Source of the DNA: Rhynchobatus australiae
Lineage: Eukaryota
Direction: 5' to 3'
Assembly: GCA_034780895.1 (NCBI GenBank)
Contig: JAUZTB010000087.1
Location: forward strand, 48,662,741-48,726,740
DNA length: 64,000 nt
The notes under the pieces were generated by a model, which saw only the letters and a list, made by a program, of their open reading frames with translations, had not been told where the DNA came from and made no database searches. The translations under genes were made by a program, and so were the position numbers. Shown piece after piece: positions 23,213 through 35,227 of the stretch (its first letter is position 1; the number at the start of each line of letters is the position of its first letter).

Positions 23213-24389
23213 TGTTAGTCTTCCATGCTTTCCACATGATATGTTAATTATGTTTCCAGACAGTATTGCTCCTTAGTCCTACACCATTGTAGTAAATGGT
23301 ACCCAGTAGTGCCCCTTTAATTGCCTCACCAAGTGGATATTCCCTTGAGAGGAATGTTCTTTAGATGATTTAAATGATTTAGGGGGTGTGGGGCCATATT
23401 TCAGTCAATGAAAGCTAACGGCCCCCCAAATCTGAAAACTGATATACAGTCTTGATAAGAAGTCCACTTATTTTATAAAGAATGGGTATTTGCTGCTTTT
23501 ATTTGTAGGTTTTTTACCCAACGATACTTCACTTGACTGCAGGGAACATAATCTAAATCTAGAAAAACCTTAAGGGGAATCTAAACTGTTGAATGCACAA
23601 AATCAGAAGTACATTTCTAAAAGTTCTGAGAAAATCTATCCCTTGGGGTTGTTGCATTGCAGAGGATGCATTCCAGTTCCATTCAAGTGCTCTTACACAG
23701 ATCATGACATTTGGAATGTCAATATATCCACTAAACCATCAAAATAATTTCTCCAAAAATTACTTCCACACTTCTGCACTCACAGGTTATCCTCTGACTC
23801 AGTGCAAGTATACTTTTTGTGCTCCAGACTCAATTCAGAAACTCTCTCTGCATTCAACATTCTCAAGGATGCTTTCTTCTCCTCCAGTTCATGGTGACAT
23901 TCACCTCCATCCCTCCACCCCATCCCCAATGTTAAACCTTCTCCCTACTCCACCCAGTAAAAGATGTGAATTTTCTCCTTAGTTTCTTTTTTTCCATAGT
24001 ATGGTGGATAACCTTCCTCTACAGACTTCTGCCCGTTCATTAAAGCTGAGGTCACCACCTTTACAAACAGAACAAGTGGGATACTTGCTGTAACAGAAAA
24101 GGGGTGCCATTAATTTTATGGGTAGGGCATGTTTTACACCTCAAGTGTGAAACATTGACATGCAGAACCTCTTCACAGAAGGATGGACCTAGTTCCAAAT
24201 TGTACATTCTGCCAGTATTCATTTAATTTTGCCTAGAACAGTTATTCTCTTGGGGTCTTCTGGCAATGGTTTTCAAAGGTGGCAGATGGCAGCAGGAACC
24301 CCACATTTGCAGCCTTGCTTTGGAGTGAGTGACGGGCTCCTATCAGCTGGGCCACAGGAAACTATCTGCCAGCTCTGGTGACACTGCCT

Positions 24390-25520
24390 AAGAACTTAAA
24401 AGATAGGAACAGAAGTAGGCCATTGGCCACTCAAGCCCACTCCGCTATTCAGCAAGGTTATGGCTTATCTTCCACCTCAAACATTTCCGTCCTTTGGATA
24501 CACTTATCTGTGCTCTCTGATTTCTGCCTATTAATCAATCCATTCCAATTTACTGCCCCAATCCCATGTGTGCTAATTTTGCTAACAAACATCTTATGAG
24601 GCACCATAGCAAAGACCTTCTGAAGAAAACCACATCCAATGGCTTCCCTTTATTTCTTCCTCTAGTTAAAGCCAAAATATGATTTTCCTTTCATAAATCC
24701 ATGCAGACTTTCCCAATCCTATTATTATTTTCGAAGGGCTTATTATCACTTCCTTATTGAAGGATTTTAGCAATTTCCCTACCACTCTTGTCAGGCTAAT
24801 TGGTCTGCAGTTCCTTATTTTCTCTCTCCCTCCGTCCTTAAGTAATGGGGTTATATTTGCTACATTCTAATCTCTGGGAACCATTCTGGGATATGTAGGA
24901 TTTTGGAAGCTTCATCATCTCCATCTCAATCAAAACCCGACGATCCAGGTCATTTGACCCTTGTAGTTTATTGGCTTTCAGTACCATTAAGTTCTTCGTT
25001 ATTTTTTACTCATGCTGATTTTCTTTAGCTCCTCAACCATCTGTTGTTCCTCATTACATCCAAGAGGTTTTATTTGAGTCTTCTTCCACAGTCACAGACA
25101 AGGGGATATTTGTTTGAATTCCCTGCAATTTCCCTATTTCCCATTATAATTTCTCCTGTTTTGGTCTGTACGGGACCCAAATTAACTTTCACTAGTGCTT
25201 ATACATATCTTTGCAGTCTGTTTTATGATTCCCATAAGATCACTCTCATATTCTGCTTTTCCTTTCTTTATCAATTTTTCGGTCCTTTTTTGCTGAATCC
25301 TGAAATCATCTCATCACTCGTGATTACTATTCGTTTTGACATCATTGTCATCTCTTTCCTTTGAACAAACTAATTTTCTTAGCTACAGTGGGATCATATT
25401 TCCTGCTGGGTTTTTGTGTCTTAGAGGGATATGTATTGGTTGTAGACTTCCCTCCTATTTCTGCTGCTGCCCACTCTTACATCCTCATTTCCCTCATTTT
25501 ACCTCATGCCTTTTCTAGCT
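24390..25520 (-). mobile_element. Degenerate, internally deleted CR1
   Basis: Tail 'ataggaacagaagtaggccatt', RT-derived 'aaagaccttctg', 'gattttcctttcataaatccatg', 'gtcaggctaattggtctgcagttcc'. Confidence 0.65.
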
Positions 25521-26512
25521 GCTTATAGTTAAGGCTGTTCTCCCATTAGAGCCCTTCCTAATTCTGATCAAAAATACCATCTACATTACCACAGTATTTC
25601 AAAGCATTTCCTTTCACATTGGTATAGGTATCCATCCAACCCAATAGCAGCAGACCTGAGTGGGAATTAAATTAAAGAGTGGGAATTTCATCAGCAAATG
25701 CAGCTCCTTTATGAAAAATGCCGTGTATTCATTTGGTATTTAAGCAGCTGAAATCAGTTAATTCAACACTGATTGAGGGCTGTCCTGGGAATCTTTGGGA
25801 TTAGGCTGTCAACCGTGAAAAAAGGCTACCAGAAATTGGGAATGTTTAATACAAAACTCAAGGGAACATCCATGGATTTAGCTCCATTTACCACATTTGA
25901 ATGAATTATTTAAACAGCNNNNNNNNNNACAGCACTTAAATTACCAGCTTGCGCCTTCCATATGAATTGAATAATTTGCATCGTCAGTAAGTATATTAGA
26001 AATTATACCATCCAATGAGCAATATAATAGAAAATGCTGTATGTAGTATTATTATATGTTATACTTAAATCTGCACATAAAGCAGGAGACATATGTTGAT
26101 TTATAAACTATTGTACACAGCATGTGAATTTTCTGAGGTAATGCTCTTGGAGAGTTTTGATGGAAGAGCAAGACAAAAACTTCAGCAAGGAGTTTGTGAC
26201 CTAACACNNNNNNNNNNNNNNNNNNNNNNNNNNNNNNNNNNNNNNGTGTGTTTTGACCTCCCCATGTAGATCCTCTATGAATAGCTGGGATGCACAGCTC
26301 TGAGCTGAGTGGCAAAGTTTACCTAATTTAACTTGATATACATGGTAGTCGACTGTAATTTGTCCTCCATTTTGCCTGTTGTGCACATTTAATTGACACT
26401 TGCCTTTTGGTTTATTGTTCAGAATGTATGGCTGTATTATGGATACAGTATCTCTATGCATTATACAGCAGTAGGTATGCCCTGTTGTGTTGCTCCTTCG
26501 GTAGCTCAGGTT

Positions 26513-27525
26513 GAAACACAGAGCATGAAAAGGCCATTTGGTCCAGCACATACATGGGGAGTGGGGGACCCTCCCATATTAATCCCATCTTGCAGCATTT
26601 GGTCCATAGTCTTCCATACCTCAGTGATTCAAGTGCTCATTTCAACATTTCTTAAGTACTGTCAGCAACTCACTCTTTCAGGCAGTATATTCCAGGTATT
26701 TACCACTCTCTCAGTGGAAAAGGACACCCATAGGACATAGAACAATACAGCACAGGAACAGGCCCTTCAACCCATGATGTTTGTGGTGACAATGATGTCA
26801 ATTAAACTAATCCCATCTGCCTGCACATGGCCAATATCCCTCCATTCTCTGCCTGTTCATGTGCCTGTCTAAATGCCTCTTAATTGTTGCTATTGTATCT
26901 CTTTCCATCACCATCCCGGGAAGCTTGTTCCAGACACCTACCACTCTCTGTGTTTAAGAACCATGCCTCGCAAATCTCCTTTGAACTTTTCCCTTCCAAC
27001 CTTAAAGCTATGCCCTCTAGTATTTGACATTTCCACCCTGGGAAAAAGACTCTGACCAGCTATCCTATCTATGCCTCTCATAATTTCATATACTTCTATC
27101 TGGTCACCCCTCAGCCTCTGATGCTCCAGAGAAAACAATCCAAGTCTGTCTAACCTCTCCTAATAGCTAATACTCACTAATCCAGGCAACATCCTGGTGA
27201 ACCTTTATTTCACCCTCTCCAAAACCTCCACATCCTTCCCAAAATTCAGTGACCAGAACTGCACACAATAGATCCACTCTAAATCTCTTACCCCTTGCCC
27301 TAATTCTATGTTTTCTATTTTAACCTACCTTTGATATAGGGATTAGTTTGCTGCAGTTTACCCTATCCATACTCCTCATAATTTTATATACAGTACCTCA
27401 GTCTTACTCTCTCTTAACTTCCTCTGCTGCAGGGAAAACAGACCCAGCTTTTGTAGTCTTGCCTCATTACTGAAGTGCTTCATCCAAACAACATCCTGGT
27501 CAATCTCCTCTGCACCCTCTCCGGC
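26513..27525 (-). mobile_element. Older CR1 3' end split by a nested CR1
   Basis: Tail at 26513-26725 resumes at ~27271 ('ctctaaatctcttaccc...ccctatccatactcctcataatt...aacatcctggtcaatctcctctgcaccctctcc'). Confidence 0.65.
26731..27270 (-). mobile_element. Younger CR1/HER1 3' end nested in an older CR1
   Basis: Minus ORF 'FSLEHQRLRGDQIEVYEIMRGIDR...LFPRVEMSNTRGHSFKVGREKFKGDLRG'. Confidence 0.85.
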
Positions 27526-27759
27526 AGCATAAACTGTCCCTTTAAGGCGCCTAGTTCACTGAAGAGTACAGAAGGGCACGCTGAGAGCAGCACCCTGGCT
27601 TAGTTAAACATGAGATGCCAATCTGGTAAAGCTGCAATGCAGGACTACATGCTTGTTGAACAGCAAAAGAAGCAAACAATAGGGAGAGCTATATGATTCC
27701 ACTACCGATGGATCAGATCAACGCTTTGTACTCTTGTTGCATCTAATCAATGAATAGTG

Positions 27760-28410
27760 ATAGAAAATTAATTCAAGAACATCCCCATCCTCAATGGCGA
27801 TGGAGCCCAGCATTTGAGTAATACAAGGCTGAAGCACTAGCAACTTATGCTCAGCCAGAAGTGCCAAGTGAATGAACCATCTGGGCTTCCTCCTGAGATC
27901 CCCACAATCACAGAAGTCAGTCTTCAGCCAATTTGACTCAGTCCACATTATATAAAGAAACAACTGAAAGCACGGGACANNNNNNNNNNNNNNNNNNNNN
28001 NNNNNNNNNNNNNNNNNNNNNNNNNNNNNNNNNNNNNNNNNNNNNNNNNNNNNNNNNNNNNNNNNNNNNNNNNNNNNNNAAAGAAACAACTGAAAGCACG
28101 GGACATAGCAAGGGCTATGGGATGAGACAAGCTTTGCTTCAGCACTAGGTGTGCCTCTTGCCAAGCTATTTCAGAACAGTTCCAACACTGGAACCCAGCC
28201 AACAATTAGAACATTGTCCAGTTGTGTCCTGTTCACAAAAGCAGGAACATCCATTCTGATAATTGTCACCAAATTAGTCTACTTGCAGTCAGCAAAGTGA
28301 TGGCAGTTGTCATCAACAGGGCAACCAGGGGATAATATTTATTCTCCAATGATCTGCTCACCATTGCCCAGTTTGGATTTCACCAGGACCACGTGGCTCT
28401 AGACCATTGC
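27760..28410 (+). mobile_element. CR1-group LINE RT fragment (same family as 235-1672)
   Basis: 'cacagaagtcagtcttcagccaatt', 'caagggctatggg', 'gttgtgtcctgttcacaaaagcagga', 'cagcaaagtgatgg', 'cagtttggatttcaccaggaccac'. Confidence 0.7.
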
Positions 28411-28499
28411 TTTGTAAACGTTGTCTTGGTCGGAGTACTCCAGCCTTACCTTACCACCCTGAGATGTTTATAATATCTGATTGACTCCAATACATTCTT

Positions 28500-28682
28500 T
28501 CAGACTATCTGAAACTTCCCAAGAAGTTTTCCTTCTCTCTCTTACCCTCAGTCCTGATCAGGGGTTTCGACCCAAAACATTGACAACTCCTTTCCTTCCA
28601 CAAATGCTGCTCAACGTGCTGAGTTCCTACAGAAGATTGTTGCTCCAAATTCCAGCATCTGCAGTATCTTGTGTCTCCTTTC
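28500..28682 (+). mobile_element. Penelope-like terminal fragment with decayed hammerhead
   Basis: 'cagtcctgatcaggggtttcgacccaaaacattgac...atgctgc...gctgagttcc...ttccagcatctgcagt'. Confidence 0.7.
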
Positions 28683-29206
28683 CATCTATCTACCTGGGTT
28701 TATCAATCAAGACAGGTATTTTTTATTTATTCATTTTTCAGGATCTAGGCATTTGCTGCAGGGCCAGTGTTTATTGCCATTCCTCGTTGGCTGTAGCTGT
28801 TTGCTACTTTGAGATTTCTTGCATAGGAATACCACAATGACAAGAGAAGCTAAACAGGTTGGTCTGAACAGGTTCAGAGAATGAGAAGTGATCACATAAG
28901 ATCCTAAGGGATTTTGAAAGATGTTTCCACTAGTGGGAGAGTCTTGAATATGGGGGCATAGTTTCAAGATAAGGGTCCAATCTTTTTCTTTCTTTTTCAA
29001 TCTTTTATATTGGTTTCAAATCAATACAAATGGTATATGGCATCAAAGTTTTTACATATCTTACAACAAGATCTGGTTATCATTCAAATCTTAGATAACC
29101 ATACAANNNNNNNNNNNNNNNNNNNNNNNNNNNNNNNNNNNNNNNNNNNNNNNNNNNNNNNNNNNNNNNNNNNNNNNNNNNNNNNNNNNNNNNNNNNNNN
29201 NNNNNN

Positions 29207-29345
29207 AATGTGGGAGGAAACCGGAGCACCCGGAGGAAACCCACGCAGACACAGGAGAACGTACAAACTCCTTACAGACAGCAGCGGGAATCAAACCCAG
29301 GTCACTGGCGTTGTAATAGCGTCGTGCTAACCACTATGCTACTGT
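29207..29345 (-). mobile_element. V-SINE head/core
   Basis: Near-identical to the heads at 56965 and 58443 ('gtggttagcacgacgctattaca...gtctgtaaggagtttgtacgttctcc'). Confidence 0.8.
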
Positions 29346-32300
29346 ACTGCTACTCCTGCTCCTTTTTTCTTGTGCTCTTGTGTCTGAGCTTCAGAAACCT
29401 ACCAGCTAGAGGATGTATAGTGTGGAGATGCGTTTTGAGCATTTAACATATTCAGGAGTCCCAGCTAACTGAAAAGAAGGGCATGACAGCAGGAGTTTGT
29501 TTGCTAATGAAGGTCTGGCTCAGAAAGTAGCTCCCATGGGATACTAATGACACCAGATCAACTGTCTTCTGCAGCTCTGATGCATTTTTCCTCACTAACT
29601 GGATTAAAGTCATTACTGAATAGATTAGCCCTCTATATAGACCATAGCCTAATGAGCCTGTTTGCCTGAGGCTGAGCTCCAATGTAAGGCCAAAGGGCAG
29701 ATTGGCAGTGGGTGGAAGAATCATTTGTTGTGTCTCCTCAGGATGTTTGATTGCTGGCTAAGAATGGAATTCTTTAAAATAACCAGAATTCAGACGTGGG
29801 CTTTACTTAGCAGACTCCCAGCAGAATCCTTTCAATCCATGTTTTGCAGTGCACTTTTAGGATGTGATTATATTATGATCCTGATTATATTAGGATCTGA
29901 CTAACATGCATTAAAAGCAAACTATTTTCCAGCAAGTCTTCAGTTCTGTAAAACAAAATATGGGCAGATTCTGGAAATCACTTTGCCTTCTGAAAATGTA
30001 GTTAGAACCATATTCTTGCTGCCTTTCATATCTTCCTGATGGATCAGAATTTATAATTGTTTTAATCGCAAACATATGGCGGGCTGATATGTTTCAGTTC
30101 CAAACTTCTATAATCCATTCCAACTGGGATGAGCTTGGTACATCTGAACCAATGCTGGGAGAGAGGGACAGTGTGGGTAAGTAAGTGAAGTATTGTTAGC
30201 AACTCCATTTCAGGGATTCCTGTTCTTTGTGTAATGTGGTCCAATTTATTGACTCATTTTGACATCTGTCAGACAGAGAGGCAGGAGTGACACTTGGAGC
30301 CACCTGAACACAGGGATAGTGGGCAAAATAGCAGAAGGTGATTGTTATTTGTCTTTAAAGACTATACTCTACAGGGAGGCGGGATTGCATCTGTCCTGGG
30401 AAGGTAAGTGGGAGGGAGGCAGAGTGAGGAAGAATTAATTCAGTGGGTCTCTCATGATAGCCCATCATAGAACAGCATTACCTCTGACGCCCAATCCCCA
30501 AACAATTTGATCCCATTCAGGCCCATCTTGTCAGGAAACTGGGAAAGAAGAATATCCCTGGATACATCCTGAACCACCATGCAAAGGGATGGTTAAATTC
30601 CAGAGCACTGTTGTATGCGAATTGAGAGATTTGGGATATATTGGATTTTGGGCCTTGGAACATGCTGCTATGTTGGTAGACCTTTGTAGGAGGCTATATG
30701 GCTAAGTGGTCAGGTCATATCACAGGGACTGGAGGAGTCAGCTGGGCTTTGGGGACCATTCAAATCCAAAGCACCTACCACCTGCTGTAGGCATGGTTAA
30801 CTTGTTTCTTTTGTTTGCCGTTTTCTCTGGCGGCTGGCATACTTTTGGTAAGATGGCTGTGCATGTTTCCTGTGCCAATAACCTCCCGAGGTTGCAAAGT
30901 AAATTAGTAGCCATTGCTTGGCACAATTCAACATGAAAGATCATTACAATGCAAACAACAAAATAAAATAATTTTGAGACAGAAAGGGCCAGAAGTTGCA
31001 TTCCCACACTTTAATGGAATTAAAACAATGCTGCAGAGTAGCTGAACTTTTTGTGAAAATTACATAAGGAGTGAAATGTTCAAGAATGTGTTTTACTGCG
31101 CAATATTGCTGGGTTTACTAGTGTAATACTGTACAGAAAGTGAGGTTGTAAATTTCAGCCTGGTGTTCCCGAATGATGTGTTTCATGTTCTCAGTGCTGT
31201 TGTCATTTAAACTCTCAGGATCATTCTTTGCAGCCAGTTCTTAAAGGGACATACCACAATATAAACAACACCTTTCCAGCTACTGAAAGGATAGATACTG
31301 GTAGGAGGCGAGAAGTAAGAGGTAGAGTACTCATGTGGGCCAGGGGAACCTGGACAGACTGGTAAAGAACAGTGCCTACTCAAGGTATGTCCTTCATTCA
31401 ATGGGAGGTGTGAAAATTCTCTAGAGCAACAACTAGGTGCTCCAGGAAGGAGATTGCCAGAGAGGTCGCTGTAAGGACGCATATTGTCTCTGATGCTTGC
31501 ACTTTGGGGAAGCCTGCAGTAATAACAAATGCCCATTCCTGTTCTCCCTGCTCCTTTGGGCTGAAGGAACCATAAATGAAGTCTCCTCTCCTTGGGTATG
31601 GATTTTGGATGACCTCCTTAAAGCAGCAGTGAGCAGAAAACTGTGTGGTATGGCAGAAATCAGCAGCAGTAGCTGAAATAGTCTTGAGACTTAGAAGTAG
31701 AGATTGACCATGACTACAACGTCCATTGGCAAAGCAGTCCAGGAACACGTTTTTGAGGCAGCATTTGTGGTTGCAGGAGGTCAGGGATGTCGGTGTGGAC
31801 AAAGAATGCATTTGAGTGTGGATCCTTCAAATAACATTGTTTCAGGGAAGCAGGGAGTGTGAAAACTTGTTGTTCTGTGAGTAAATAAAAATTGAACCTT
31901 TAGATTAGCAAGGTTGAAAATTTCACTGTAGACAAATTTTGCAATCTGTTCCATTGCAGCACTACACCTTGGGAGAGTTTTGTACCAGAAAAAAATTACC
32001 AGAAGAATTAAAACTTTCACCAAAATAGTCAGGAGTTGAGTTTCCTGACTGGTGCTATGACACCCAGAAATGTGTGCAGAATTGCTCCATTCCATGTTCC
32101 ATTTCAACTGCACTGTACATTTTTTGGAATTCTCTGAAGAATCAAGATACCTGTTACATTGGCCTTGGACAAGATGAGGAGGAAATGGAGGACTTCGCTC
32201 CTTTAGTGGTGTCTTGGATGACTGCAGTGGCTGGTGTGGAACTAATCATAATGTTTGGGATTCACTGCTCTGTGCTCAGCTGGCTGATCTCAGACAGGCT

Positions 32301-35006
32301 ACTGCTGGACCAGGTAAATATTTTTATCCTGGGTCCTGATCCTCATTACTGTTCAGTGACTTTATTAGGAACCACAAGCATTGGGGCCTCAAGTAAAATA
32401 AACCAGAAGTAAATTACAACGTCCTCCTTAGTGGTGTAGTCAGTAGGTACACAGTCTGGATTCAAAAATAAATAGTAGCTGCCAGAGCAAAATATTGGAG
32501 GATTACTGATGCCCACAGGACTATTTTTCAGGAAGTGTTGTGACTCTCCTGAGGAGAGAAAAGAAAAGAGGACAAGTAAGGGATAGCTGAAAGTAGCCTC
32601 CAAGCCATGGTTCTATAATTGGAAATGAAATGGAGTAATTATTCTTTAATAAAGTGCTAAATAATTGTGAAAAAACAAATAAAATGACAGCACATAGACA
32701 AAGGTAAAGATGCAAAGTTGGGGTTTTTGGCATTTGTTTCAGATCCAATAAAATTCCTAAAGCACTGGCCATCTCTGAACCAATTCCCTGCCAACTGCCC
32801 ATCTCCCATCTCCAGCCAATCCTCTGCCTTTAGCAGGATGGAATTAACATTATGCATCAGCTGAAGAGATAACATTGGTATGTGCAGCCTTTAACAGCTG
32901 AACTATTCCTCCAGCAAACTCAAAAGCATTTCCCAAGGGGACAGTAAATGTCAAATTATGGCTGACAGTCTCACCAGAGCTCACACAATTGGAGTCAATG
33001 ACACAAAGCAGATCCTCTTCTGAATTTGGTGGTGGAGGAGAATTGTATTCCATCACTGAAGGCAAGTAAGCAGTGGGGATTCTGGAAACCCCCTCCTCCC
33101 TTAAGAGCTAACACTGTGTCATCACAGACTACTGTGCTGGCTGGTGGTGGTGTGAATGGAAAGGTACGATACCCTGGGATTCAGGCCGACAGCATCTGTA
33201 GTTTGGGGATTTGCTGCACAGTGTTCATTTTGGAGAAAGAGTTCTGCACAGAAACTGCATGGCTGCTGCTCAGTCACTTCCTGCAACATCTGCACAGTAC
33301 ACAAATACAGGGCATTCTGGAGTAAATACATCTGTTGCACTGACTCAGTAACAGGATTGTTATGATGGTGTTGAGGTTTCTGTGCAGCTGGAGTCATTAG
33401 AATTGGTGTGGCTCATAAAAATGTAATGCATTGAATCTGTCTAATATTTGATTTTAATTAGATAGAGTTCTATGACTGCACAAAGTCAACCATGTTATGA
33501 GCCGAATCCAGGTGTTTCCCAGTATGGAGTGTGGGACACACTGGGAGGTGGGTGTTGGTGGGACAGGGTGTGTGTGTGGGATGGTGAGGAGGACAGTGGA
33601 AAGGATCCTTCTTACACTTCTAGCAACTGCTACAGACAGGTATAGTAGCACCTTGCCTGCTTGTGTTTCTTGGACTAACTTTCGGAGAGCATCAAGTAGA
33701 CTAATTAAAACAATGGCATTTAAATATTTTTCTTAATGTCTGTCCATACAGTCAATAGGCCAAATCACATTGGACCCATTGCCCATCAGCACTTAACTTT
33801 TCCGGACATTGAGAACTCAATCACCTGCCTCTCCGCGTCCCTGGGGGCTCCAGAAGGTCACTAGGCCTCAGGGGCTCAACCCTGAGGCTTTGCCCTCCCC
33901 CCCCCCCACACACACACTTTCCCCAGAAAACCCCAAAGCCTGTCAAACAATATTGAACTGTTTTGAATGTTTCTGATGATGAGACATTAAAAACAATTCA
34001 AATAATTTAAGCAATTATTAAAATAGCTTAAAATATAAAGCTTAATTAAAAGCACCACAAAATGCTGAAATATAATTAGAAAGCAGTCAATCATTCAAAC
34101 ACCTACATTCTTCCATAGGATCATTCACCCCATTTAAATGAATGTCTGTACTCCAGNNNNNNNNNNNNNNNNNNNNNNNNNNNNNNNNNNNNNNNNNNNN
34201 NNNNNNNNNNNNNNNNNNNNNNNNNNNNNNNNNNNGAGTCCTTGGGTAGAGTGAGAAACTGAATGCATTTTTATCTGACCTCCAGATCCTTTCTGACTCC
34301 TGCATTTGGTCAAGAAACAAACCATGTAGTGAGTGGCTGTCTGCTGGCCCTTCCAACTGTTAGCCAACTTGATTCAGACCACTAAAATCATGTTCCCGTT
34401 ACATAGATCCCTTTTCATGTTAGCTTTTAGAGAGCCATTGGGATTTAGAGTTGGAATTGTTCACAACTTCCCTGTATCTGAAGCAGAGTCCACTACTTCT
34501 TGTGTTGACTTCACATGAAGTTGCTCTGATGGTCTTGATGGCTTAACACAAGTGGTTGAATATCACTGGCTGCAGTATGAAATTTAGTGGCTTGGTCTTT
34601 AAGAAAGCAAAGAGAAACAACAACCCATTTATTTGGTAAGGAACACTGATGTAAAGTCACAAGTGGAATGTTAAAACCATCTCTAAATACTCCTGGAACT
34701 CTCAACAGTTCTTAACTGTCTATGAACATCACCATCAGGGAGCTGATTAGGAACCAAGTGTTGTCATTAAGGAAGGTTAGAATAAAAACATGTTTAAACA
34801 TATGAATCTGCCATCTGGAGCTAATTTTATTTTACAAACTAAGCTGTATAAAAATAAGACAGTTGTAAGCCAAAATAAGTGACACTTGACAGGTCTGTCT
34901 TTAAAGCTGAAATCCTTCCAAGATTTGAATAATGCTCCTCGTTTTGGGATGCTCCAAACCGCAATCTCTTACTGCTGGCTGTGATCCGAGACAAAGCTTG
35001 TTGTTT

Positions 35007-35227
35007 CATCTCTGGTCTCCAACTCTGTTGTCTGGTGTTATTACATCAATGACCATTGATTCCCTGATCTCTCTCCCATTTTCAAAATGTGCCACCCTAC
35101 AAACCCCTTCCTCAGTCATCCCTGGTCTCCAACTCCATTGTCTAGCATTATTACATCAGTGACCACTGCTTCTCGGATCTTCCTCCAAAATGTTCAAAGG
35201 ATGCCACCATACAGAATCCTTCCTCAT
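35007..35227. repeat. Diverged 110-bp tandem duplication
   Basis: 'catctctggtctccaactc...ttattacatcaatgacca...tgccacc...ccttcctca' starts at 35007 and again at 35117. Confidence 0.8.

Noticed and set aside
27953-28104. Exact direct repeats flanking 100-N gaps (also 4743-4869 and 18498-18645)
   Set aside because: Identical sequence on both sides of a fixed-size gap indicates unmerged overlapping contig ends, not target-site duplications.
31219-31384. Exon-like segment (ctctcag|...caag|gtatgt)
   Set aside because: The longest frame has a TAA before the donor and the peptide resembles nothing I recognise.
32850-33400. Cluster of overlapping 70-100 aa ORFs
   Set aside because: No recognisable domain, no consistent splice frame, and lengths are within chance expectation.
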